In this document: positions 14,401 through 20,647 of the stretch, in pieces
Layout: the number at the start of each line of letters is the position of its first letter
Position numbering within the stretch: position 1 is the stretch's first letter
IMG/VR virus record: IMGVR_UViG_3300012954_000009
Span: 38,474 to 102,473 of that record
Length of the DNA stretch: 64,000 nt
Origin: a virus
Reading direction: 5' to 3' (one strand)
Made by a program: the position numbers and the translations under genes
Notes under the pieces: generated by a model
The model's database searches: none
Told to the model about the DNA's origin: nothing
Seen by the model: only the letters and a program-made list of their open reading frames with translations

Positions 14401-17325
14401 AGTCTTGTTCTTTTTAAATAGCTCTTTGTTGATAGCATACTGTCTCGCAACAATTTTATCTAATTGTTCAGGATTGCTTAAATATTGTATTGCTTTATCA
14501 TATGTTTTTGCTCTACCTTTTAGTGCTTTGTAGTCTACAATTTTCTTCAATACCTCATCTATTCTTGCATTATCTACAAACCCATCTTTACTCTCTGCTA
14601 GGAACTGGACATAGTTTTGAAATACACTTCTTACTTTACCTATCTTTCTTCTATCAAAAGAACCATCTTTAGTAAGATTCTTTGGATCATTTAATATTTT
14701 TCTAATAGCATCTAAACGTTTTGCTTTGTCTACTAGTTTTTTCTTCTGTTCTTTATTTCCTTCTATGTCATCTAGAACTGCAGCTTCAGTCATTAAAGTC
14801 TGAATCTCTTTTGTAAGAGTGTCCTTATCTAATAACACTGTTAAATCAGAAGCCTCTAACTTTGATAAGATAGGATCTGCAGCTAGTTCATTATATATTT
14901 TATTTGATCTTTCAAGTGCTCTGTTGAAACCATCTTCAGTAAACATTTGCAAGAACCTAGCATGTTCAAATGCTATTTCTTTTAATGCCTCATCATTATA
15001 CTCTCTTGTTCCTTTTTCAAACTTACTTCTATCAAAAGGATTTACATACTTATCTTTATTTCTATTATATCTATCTTCATAAGTATCTATCTGACCAAGC
15101 ATGTCTGTTATCCTTTCTCTAAGCTTACCTGATTTAATTTCTTTTTTAGATGCAGGAAATGCTTCTGATAGTTCTTGATCTGTCAAGTTTAAAAAGTCTT
15201 GAAGTTGGTTTCTAAATAAACCTGCTGTTCCATTTTGGAATATGGTGTGATACTGATGAAACTTACCAAAGTCTTTTGCATCTGTAAAACCAAATTGATC
15301 TTGGTCATATAGATTTTTCTTCATTTCATTTGCAACTTCTTTTTGCACCATGAAGTTCATCTTCTGTGGATCAAATAATGCGCTAGGATCTTCTGCTTGT
15401 TTATTCCATGCTTCATTATGTGTGTCTACAAGAGACTTAATAAAATTTTCTCTCTTCTGTTTTATATCAGCCATACCTTTAGGATCAGTAACCCTTTGGT
15501 ACACATAAGGTAAAGCTTGGAAATATAGCTTTTGCGGTCCTTGCACAATACCACCCATCAAGAAACCAGACATAAATGTTTCAAAACCTTGTGCACTAAA
15601 CTGACTACCAACTGCTGATGCAACAACATTACTATGTAGATCAATACCTCCTTGCGTTGGATCATTCAATACTGCAGAATAGTAGTCTTTAGTTCCTTTT
15701 GATATAGCTTCTTGAGCAACTTCTTGAATACCCTCCGCAAGATTTTGTGAAAAGTATCTTAGACTGGCACCAGCCGCCATAGACAGTGATCCTTTTACAC
15801 CTGCAGCTTTTAATCTATTAAAATAACCTTTGATTCCCGTTCCTGCATCTTTAAATACATTCTTTGCAATTTTACCATCAGCACCAATTGTCTTAGTTCC
15901 TTGTATAATTCTTCTACCAAATCCCGTTATTCTATCATTCATTAATCTACCAAGTGACTTATTAAAACCACCCATTGCATTACCTAAGACAAACTGATTT
16001 GATAAGTATATAAGAGGAGCATTCCTCATGATTGTTCCAAATGCTGCTTTCTCTGCATTCTCAGCAATACCTTCCATTTGTTCAGGTGATATATTCTCAT
16101 TACCACTCTTGGCTCTTTCTATAAGCATACCATTAGATATCTGCTGTTGGTACACCATACCCCCTTCAAGTTTAGACTCAGCCATAGCAAGGTTTAGTGA
16201 TCTTGCATCTCTATAGAATCCTCCCATAAATTTACTGGCCTTAGCCATATTGGTAAGATTCTGAGCACCATTCTTAGCTGTATGTAAACCTTTAACAGCA
16301 GCCATAGTCTCAGGAACAAACAATGTACCTATTGCACCCCACTCACCAGCTTTAGTTGCTTTCCAAAAATCTCTTGCTTTATCAACATTATTTATCGTCT
16401 TAAGCATATTCCTTGTAGCCTTAGCCATTCTAGTAATAGCAAAACTATTTGCAATAGCTTTTCCAATTCTACCAAAATTCCACGCTGTTCTTGCAGCTGC
16501 CGGTCCTCCTGCAGCACCACCTGTAGCTAATGTTGCACCTGCTAATAATAATTCTTCTACTGCAATAGATGATATAATACCTACAGTATATCCACTATTT
16601 AAAAGCATGTTATTTGCAAAGCCACCAAAACCACCTCTAGAAGACATACCTATAGCCATTGCATCCTCAAACTCTCCAGCTGTTTTAAGATCTGGTGCAC
16701 TAAAATAAGGGTCTGCATCAAATAAGTCACCTACAGATCTATATACACTTGTAAATCCAGAACCTACAAGTCTTCCAAATTGACCCCACATTCTAGACAT
16801 ATCATCATATATATCTGAATTAGCATTATAAAATTCTTCATTATTTGCATATGGATGAAAACCTAATTCAGCAAACTTAGGATGCTCGTAATATCTATCA
16901 AAACCAGATGCTTTTCTACTAGCATATATAGGATCTTCTATAAAAGGTTTTTCTGGACCTAAATCAACTCTGCCTGGATTGTCTATTAAGTTCTGTAGAT
17001 TACGCATAACACCCTCTTCAGTACTTATATCAGCGGGAAGTTGTTGTAATCTTGGATTGTACTGACCTACACTATTTTCAGGATAAGGTGTATTCATATT
17101 AGCCAATGAAGTTGGTGCATAACTATTTATGACCGGCTTATAAGAGTCCAGCATTTTTACATAGTCAGCATCTAAGCTTGGATCAAACTCTTCTGTATTA
17201 GGTCCTTCCCACCACTGATCTGTAGGTATAAACTCAAATCTATCAGTAGGAACCGATGCAGGTACTGTACTAGCACCTAGCCCTGCTGATTCAGCATTTA
17301 TTTTTGGTTCATTTGGTAAGCTCAT
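2494..17325 (-). CDS. Virion-packaged RNA polymerase polyprotein (crAss-like two-barrel vRNAP) fused to an N-terminal ejection/membrane region and a zincin metallopeptidase domain
   Basis: 4943 aa. Catalytic loop SGADFDIDK (~5977-5991) preceded by RIPSQ, the DFDID signature of phi14:2/crAss vRNAPs. HEAFH zincin motif (~10930-10944) with downstream EEYLADEF. Gly/Ala-rich hydrophobic N-terminal segments. Confidence 0.92.
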   Translation of the reverse strand: MSLPNEPKINAESAGLGASTVPASVPTDRFEFIPTDQWWEGPNTEEFDPSLDADYVKMLDSYKPVINSYAPTSLANMNTPYPENSVGQYNPRLQQLPADISTEEGVMRNLQNLIDNPGRVDLGPEKPFIEDPIYASRKASGFDRYYEHPKFAELGFHPYANNEEFYNANSDIYDDMSRMWGQFGRLVGSGFTSVYRSVGDLFDADPYFSAPDLKTAGEFEDAMAIGMSSRGGFGGFANNMLLNSGYTVGIISSIAVEELLLAGATLATGGAAGGPAAARTAWNFGRIGKAIANSFAITRMAKATRNMLKTINNVDKARDFWKATKAGEWGAIGTLFVPETMAAVKGLHTAKNGAQNLTNMAKASKFMGGFYRDARSLNLAMAESKLEGGMVYQQQISNGMLIERAKSGNENISPEQMEGIAENAEKAAFGTIMRNAPLIYLSNQFVLGNAMGGFNKSLGRLMNDRITGFGRRIIQGTKTIGADGKIAKNVFKDAGTGIKGYFNRLKAAGVKGSLSMAAGASLRYFSQNLAEGIQEVAQEAISKGTKDYYSAVLNDPTQGGIDLHSNVVASAVGSQFSAQGFETFMSGFLMGGIVQGPQKLYFQALPYVYQRVTDPKGMADIKQKRENFIKSLVDTHNEAWNKQAEDPSALFDPQKMNFMVQKEVANEMKKNLYDQDQFGFTDAKDFGKFHQYHTIFQNGTAGLFRNQLQDFLNLTDQELSEAFPASKKEIKSGKLRERITDMLGQIDTYEDRYNRNKDKYVNPFDRSKFEKGTREYNDEALKEIAFEHARFLQMFTEDGFNRALERSNKIYNELAADPILSKLEASDLTVLLDKDTLTKEIQTLMTEAAVLDDIEGNKEQKKKLVDKAKRLDAIRKILNDPKNLTKDGSFDRRKIGKVRSVFQNYVQFLAESKDGFVDNARIDEVLKKIVDYKALKGRAKTYDKAIQYLSNPEQLDKIVARQYAINKELFKKNKTDFEKRVKKYINKIEANLLLNKLNDLGVYPDADQAEMFLKTGDARYLQLFFNEQGVVDPKMDKDLYLKVRAAIDNYNDSMDISDTEDVQQDPQAAETRAKETKESEDKIDSVLDNAEINAPESQTFGTDTTQNPTIKALLNKLYRKHKRDQQSLGKKAKSQAAWLNSQEAVLAVKAYEALKKYWYDKGGLKEEYKSQKDLMEAYNTDQGFTSWLVNQETNPDVKDILEAGGLTYNDFYTVEQAEDLGDGVQEVEYGGKVIGKPRGGYVVVEFSTIDPDSGDATKYWQIRTVDNKDVSEELLQAAELTPNGVYSKVGAAVKGLNTLAEKVPTSDTFAFDKDVNGNDIMLSYGTEVEDADGNKFIVTTSPTSLEKFGNLSLLPVDKVDTKGQERKDATKVIKPGEFANAYTIIDTLDFSTVPTDVSRLQISEPTKTYAHQNKGESREEAQRRYDVIMTELTPEERATIELVITVNPNGGVIGENYAYEGKSSNPYIKRKSEKYTIALKIGNPKVAKKINSILKSKGIKPSDSASGIFGYVPNDNVVIYNKQGQAIDPRTIDKDTAQNTFFGNQVNALSKIRDNFTISANFLEFVEKKLGKNSTVTVKLSDFLGTGFGFTYNEGSFSFDAPKSLTELDYYTVDGNIVILDNRYQTDVDENGKTKVTRREDFKTNIEDAEEEAAVVEKIKQDLTSQGLYKTARNMGAYVAIIKSPMGVYTLAQLNPAELTPAAVNDKFKQLIDRAVKTRQENLSDPENVSQSKRKDLVYNKKWNEDFTKDIFISTIPGYKIQLRVDPGGRIEANIIDKETGKPIILHTKGKLKGKPNPIVISQEGVAKIAESESYGDVAELFDLLNETEVAKEKGIKVTTKNMKESFDMKIPVTSSDKGVRNLVDLTTTTLDGRVRSNIRLDLTQDSASMQASEDAANVEEKKTEQEKQNTRTLEDMVAQMSEEDAPIGQISDQEYQAFIDNGKVSNERIENIARKVMTGETLSDRETAIMSDKTAQVNKKIKELASNNPQANLEIQKAKLKEDIKARKAQITEELKAAKQLKNLKKALKQDAELKRLNAELNNLIANKVISPELSVTDVTSIDEFEAWAIANLPAYITVQDIRTLANNQKAGGVRVGAFVLGLNSLAGGLNVKGTIYTGATSPFKYHEAFHGVFRMLLTDQEITKYLGIARREVRAKLRAEGKNFKEELNKFRNSADTYQNMSEARLIEEYYEEYLADEFEKFKTSPKDTNTSSEVKSLFTRILEWIKSVLGVYSKNELTELFKNIDSGKYKSAQPVENRFTQAALQGLTIEANALVPFEKIEVGDKVGFQYLDSDNANAMVRSMAAIYIQREEANTNANITREELLDDVLKDFKKLYDVGSPANENQTTERLLLMNDYSDALENFPEEIKNSVSKFLNLVDINLEDQIFVAEQKEDSQGLRNVDNWDVDASLIGGFNSLSAKLRRYIMTTTLEQQDIFGNTELTPGEKLIVPVDFAEVYNGMLKAVKNTTDPTQILKQLYVFGQTNPQTGAVVNRFFNDLGITQDKINNNQWTEGVENPLFFNALIKGMENFRVDYIFIHRNKNGRVLTYSAANRDDASSQIDKWGQAYSFLYRNSLSVDKTARDEAVSVLNVLQSAVSPNKPLGKKTKENMYKEDENGNDLFTRLSKNLSRTVGITISPTFIKYSILQRVKPENLSADEKLLLDAYQNAEPLDSEDLSNLKGTIKNNVYVFSTSEVGMQGVLKKMSMTNAPFDETIGASVFKNANGDLVYAHQKPTYHLKRMAALNNPELLEDLKTKDDDFLINNWLLNNDAFISMASAGMIGITRISGGKTGNIDITEDGVDESRSTGTTYGDFTPKDFITNLVNSYTYLFRNNTGRMDQVIITEDPVTGELVETALAPVLIRVIEASNTGDMAKLPIIKAVENKKGEIVLTDQALNVFKNQIKAEFERIKKETNPDTATERNIVDYNSGKKRNIKFTKTGYILREAKETDTFTKTVRAKTSEVQVNRIKEGDQNAFVYNEKNAKNVIKFTADNEVRNVLIQQFDKATNSFEGPIKSLGKTRVNSENRDRIINLLGAAVSNEKTDTHTNPVRIGEAQYWVESGDMRQFLKGTKEMFLYEVVRTEDNATEDTDGASEVINNYETYLESKINEAYRNGEDISFEDAIGDQAAFDNFLRDRLEQEYLNFRRKLDSVANESDLSTYIRNGLQNANGSVTPEVRLSNRLLNLTDDINYNLRQIFFNNWINASELNKVLLGDVAMTLKDPTDEVKRAKAQNAAYDSVASIIKAEEYGINHPLQKMNLFAFTEPSVDNTFNDGKTDNADAQLWMTTKAFRYMWFGLGKLSAKQADLLNRIEKGEDIAYEELVGNADQTNESYAKASEMINSKKFVYADGKTFVKMSAFVLTPEYTSTKESGFTEPKANKVRLHNLRVKLEEFEKGKETIALAAPVSALKMLKENVNPLSELDNTNAFKEDQSMVLDANFMGLQTVNPSNKLLVTDPTQVKTLVTSEQNDNTPVILNGEKTTVGKIRENYNKAVSDRVTLKYLNRRNSLFNFDIEYANELLKESIAEGEIKPDLYIYLKYAQSSLEASNATSNTLEMFSLDETGQQKYNLNNPQTVKKFEELFLSFFSKGVLAEKTTGMSLALVSDYGVRIYRRVLSVDENGMPDKHEVIREDVWERMGSKPEIVANIDEGGYQEGNDKNLDGLAGLVENAGSEGVVIIDRLRSNMKVYNDQGQYQQERYTESIMPAHHADVGNLIKDTDKAMPEAVSKMFGVRIPSQDNHSTVNIRMVDFMPTYYGSSAVFARELIEISGADFDIDKVYVQSKDFYEEDGEFFEYGKAKTEDGKYSDYIRAINNSVKKPGTGINEALLKFRNSGAEVTVDFDQGSDAGFNEDAMKALSALGLPITFEQYTEYKEKTGHEPYIEAISNEIVDYKSTLMGNEHVTNTPGEDVPITYQPAVTQPLEDLLQELAAEVPYFKQMLDNEDIDVDSPLGQLLSFEANKAGAKSIGAVVLPNLYLNLLQEYGITIEQITAGKQRTTTQLELGGKEYNSFSETQDSNGNYRNQYVLSALITAMTDNGKLRLSGKLGLNRDALATVASMTALGVPIKTSILLINHPSLRQLYYQATNKDDQFDAGIATLVRERLANLEEEFGDLSEVEVTDALLIDEIDANYKISMSKAGLAKKVKDDEFTRDQAIKEYSTLKQFQTAHSIKTYLGKLSSVMNLTNGLGATVTDIASRKQDLKDLGIGLSDKAYKVYREKRIAAKQPLIDVRPMFKNTWQGQYIKIFNEIESKILPKVFLTQTPLFKDLYNKVMTNMNSRMLTDEVKENIRIDILAYLTIKAYDKKLVDNDPVKAGSLSNSLIYPQLEGEKITDVVERLRSIDNNNFFLDSFVILENANQEGNKDGIDKAAANTFNRISDSQKVNLQSSFARLYGNLETRNDAVKIIHYMMVKDGFRYGYQSLLDAVTPFTYDTYLEQVNNVESALRDGSNRFFESTFGMNYNDLVEDFLKGYLTSASNRRDLRNTYNIATYNPNPTKIEIQSSPYKPHTVSINENTLYVFGDNASALGKDGNRSVRDNGNSFGVIYKKGLADIESNYYTNEELDTFVANFEAQLDALDSLIGQYENVKFPKYLIPRSELKALQKNSPEVFKYIKDSLNNRFGYNIADGKKAVSKSSQNANKQVAYIDETTETSKLIVNVYPGQRITQSDDFLSVRKPSNSKSGNAENTLARKNISTTLEKSGDRSYMEALLPYVIKVNVGTQDQPRYRYFELSKVQSVNPQPITAANLVSGNYAEYVEVEPMGSDSQNPIGFMFGERPTMIEVRKYVRNTTGQDTADNYGDVLDEIDKINIGDGPTDSAQKIAQGAPVEYDGKNTTVGEVPQAELVEREVTEDDIQNDNQAIAALLGNTSSSTNETTNPELTEYWDDNIQQDSKKKATLAENGINSLEDFINEYETGTYASEQEFLDKLKECYNI

Positions 17326-17330
17326 ATTAT

Positions 17331-20300
17331 TTATTTTGTACCGTTTTGTTTTGCATCTGCATCATACAGAGTGTTATTAGAGTTCATTTTATCTTCAAGA
17401 GTTATCTCAAAATATTTAACAGCATTATCTAAATGACTTTCTACTGTTCCGCCTTTATATGTACTAGCTATCCATTCATTTAAATTAAATGCTGGTGTTG
17501 CTATATCTACAAAATTACCTTCTTCTGAAGGTTTATATTGTTTGTAAGTAATCTGTGCCATATGTGCTCCATTAACATCTTGAAATACTTGAATTGAACC
17601 TCCGTTTGTAACCGAGTTAAAATATTGTTTATTATCAGAAGTGTTTATTTTATCTTGTACATATGAATAATTATACATACCATCTCTTCTTATACTTATA
17701 TCCATTTCTTTATCAAACGCAAATGTTAATGTACTATATGATGCTAAGTCTGCATTACTTATCATTGCAGGATTAGTTCCTGTTGTTTTACCTGCTTTAA
17801 TCAAAGGTAGTGTTTTTTTAACCCATTCCTGATCAAAATTAATAACATATGCTGCATGAGTCTTATCACCAACCTCTGGGTTACCATATACATTATTATA
17901 GGTTATTGTTGCTTGTGGTCTACCCGTTTGTGGTTGATCTGGATTTTGACTCCAAGATTTCATATCTCTAATGTATGATCTAAATAAGTCCATTGCTATT
18001 GTATTACTTACAGCATTAAAGTCTGCTCTAGTATTTCTACCCATATCACCAGGCTGTATAGTCATCTTTTGAGTAGGAGTCTCATTAAATTGAGTAATTA
18101 TATCCATAACTATTGATGCACCGTTTGCATCCTGATTAATCATTGCAGGATCTATATCAATATCATATTGAGGATTAATTATTAAATCACCTACACTGCC
18201 TAAATATTCTCTACCACGCATAAACTGTGTAAAATTAAATGTGGTAAAGTCATCAGTTGGGTTACCACTTACAGTAACTTGTTCTGGTGTACCGCCTTTA
18301 GTCAAAACTTCTGTAATATCTGGTGCTATAATTGAACCCTGTGATTTATTTAATGCACCATACATTAAATCATAAAGCATTGATGCATCTTTTTTAGCCT
18401 CATCTGTCATAAAGTATTTCTCTGTACCCGCTAATATTTTGGTACCATCTTTTATACTACCACTTCCATAGTATACATTTCTTTCACCAATATAGTTTTC
18501 ATCATGCCCTGAATCAGGACCAAACCAAGTATGTTGTGACCACCATCCTCGGTTACCATCAGTAAGTTTCTTTTGTCTAGCAAGGGTTACATATTCATTT
18601 ACAAACTCCTCTTTAGTTTTTAAATGATGGTTGCCATCACCTAAGTTAGTAAATAAGAAGTCTAATGGAAGTGCACCACTACCGTCTTTATTTAATGTAC
18701 CCTTATCAGGGTTTGTAAACTCTTTAACTTCACTGCTACCTTCAAATAAATCACCAGCTGCTGCCATCAAGTTATACTGATTAAAGTAGTGATTATGCAA
18801 TCTCTGATTACCTTCAATTAGTTTTGCTTCATATTGATTTACATTTTCAAACTGAGATTTAAGTTTTAGATAATCAATTCTTTTTGCTCTAGCTACTGCA
18901 TCAGATGGATCTGCATCTACTGCTGTATTATCATAAGCTAAATGCGGATACTTTTCAGCTAAAGCATTTTGATTTTCACTATTTGGTACTAGTATGCTAT
19001 TAAACTCTGCATATATTCTATCTATATCACCTTTATATTTAAAAACACCATCCGCACTTGTATTTAATAATTGATAGAAATTCTGTCCATCTGTTGAATT
19101 GACGCCACCTATAGGTAATTTTTTCTCTTCACCATCAATTGTAAGTGTGTATAAATTATCTGTAACACCCGGTTGCATAGATCTAAGGGCTGTTGTAATA
19201 GCTTTTATTTTTTGTTCTGTATTTACATTATCAAACTCTGCAACTTTGTTTAAGTTATATTTTACAATATCATATTTTCCTTCTCCATCATCTACAAAGG
19301 TAATATTACCAGGACCACCAGGTTTAGCGTTTAATGATGAATTGCTTAAAACTCCCGGTTGATTCTTAGGATCTAATGATGCCTTTAATACTTCAAGATC
19401 AATTCTGTTTTGTTGTCTTATAGCTTCTAATGCTTTAGAATATTGAAACTTTCTTTGTCTACCATACTCTGGGTTTTCCATTTTAATAGTAGTAGAAGCG
19501 TTCATCTTACCAAAAGATCTAGCAGCAGCAATCATATCATCTTTGATATTAAACTGCATTTGCATATTATAAGCTCTATTAAGAAGATCTTGTGTAGATG
19601 AACTAGTAGTAGGCATAACTCCTTCAGAAATAATATTATTGCTAGTTTCTATTCCAGCCTTTAAAGACTGATATACTTCAAACTGTTGACGCATTTGTCT
19701 TTCCTGTACAGAACCAGCAACTATACCTTTTTGTTTTTTAAATAAATCCCAACTTGCATTACTATTTGTAGATTGATTTAACTCTGTTTGCTGATTGATT
19801 TTTCTTTCACCAGCCTGTGTAGTAAACTGATTTATTGTTTTAAGAGCCCATTGTCTTTGACCCTCTTGTACAGAGTTAACAGCACCTGAATCAATCATTT
19901 TTTGTGCCGTGTTTCTACCATCAACATAGCTCTGAGTAAAATAAGCTTGTTGTACTCTTGGGTCACCAGTCAAAGTTCTTTGTAGCATTTCTAAAGCCGG
20001 ACCTGTTACAAGATCACCGTTCTCTCTTGTAATAATCCATTGACCATCAGGACTTAATTCATCCATTTTTACATTTAAACCAGACTCTTTTAATACATCT
20101 AATGACATTTGATATAAGTTAGCATTAGGTATATACTTAGGTATAGCCATGTTTAGTGCATCATCTTTTGGTGCATTAACAAAATCTTGCATCTGGTAGT
20201 CCATTGCTTGTAGTCCTGTCTGCCACCACATCTGCCTTCTATCTTTATCAGGATCGTTCATCAATCTATTAGCATAAGCTCTTTCATTTTGATATGCTTT

Positions 20301-20636
20301 AGTTCTAACCATATCACCTACAATTATATCTTCTTCAAAGAAAGGTTTAAATACAGCCTTAGCTGCATCAACATTTTGGATTAATGATAAATCCATTCCT
20401 GATATTTTTTGTAGTTTATCAGCAAGACCAGCTGTGTACTGATCTCTCATTGTCTGTGTGTCTTCTCTAGATAGTGGTGCATAGACAATCTTACTATACA
20501 TATCATTTAATTGCTGATAGTTAGTATTATATCTATTTGTTTTTATATCTAATACACTAGACAAAAACTTGTAGTCCGGAGTAAATGGTTTAAACTCCGG
20601 CATATATGATTTAGAACCTGGTATATATGTTGCCAT
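17331..20636 (-). CDS. Internal virion/ejected cargo protein
   Basis: 1101 aa, Cys-free, helical N-terminus, directly upstream of the vRNAP as for crAss-like cargo proteins (synteny). Confidence 0.6.
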   Translation of the reverse strand: MATYIPGSKSYMPEFKPFTPDYKFLSSVLDIKTNRYNTNYQQLNDMYSKIVYAPLSREDTQTMRDQYTAGLADKLQKISGMDLSLIQNVDAAKAVFKPFFEEDIIVGDMVRTKAYQNERAYANRLMNDPDKDRRQMWWQTGLQAMDYQMQDFVNAPKDDALNMAIPKYIPNANLYQMSLDVLKESGLNVKMDELSPDGQWIITRENGDLVTGPALEMLQRTLTGDPRVQQAYFTQSYVDGRNTAQKMIDSGAVNSVQEGQRQWALKTINQFTTQAGERKINQQTELNQSTNSNASWDLFKKQKGIVAGSVQERQMRQQFEVYQSLKAGIETSNNIISEGVMPTTSSSTQDLLNRAYNMQMQFNIKDDMIAAARSFGKMNASTTIKMENPEYGRQRKFQYSKALEAIRQQNRIDLEVLKASLDPKNQPGVLSNSSLNAKPGGPGNITFVDDGEGKYDIVKYNLNKVAEFDNVNTEQKIKAITTALRSMQPGVTDNLYTLTIDGEEKKLPIGGVNSTDGQNFYQLLNTSADGVFKYKGDIDRIYAEFNSILVPNSENQNALAEKYPHLAYDNTAVDADPSDAVARAKRIDYLKLKSQFENVNQYEAKLIEGNQRLHNHYFNQYNLMAAAGDLFEGSSEVKEFTNPDKGTLNKDGSGALPLDFLFTNLGDGNHHLKTKEEFVNEYVTLARQKKLTDGNRGWWSQHTWFGPDSGHDENYIGERNVYYGSGSIKDGTKILAGTEKYFMTDEAKKDASMLYDLMYGALNKSQGSIIAPDITEVLTKGGTPEQVTVSGNPTDDFTTFNFTQFMRGREYLGSVGDLIINPQYDIDIDPAMINQDANGASIVMDIITQFNETPTQKMTIQPGDMGRNTRADFNAVSNTIAMDLFRSYIRDMKSWSQNPDQPQTGRPQATITYNNVYGNPEVGDKTHAAYVINFDQEWVKKTLPLIKAGKTTGTNPAMISNADLASYSTLTFAFDKEMDISIRRDGMYNYSYVQDKINTSDNKQYFNSVTNGGSIQVFQDVNGAHMAQITYKQYKPSEEGNFVDIATPAFNLNEWIASTYKGGTVESHLDNAVKYFEITLEDKMNSNNTLYDADAKQNGTK

Positions 20637-20647
20637 AATTTGTTTAT

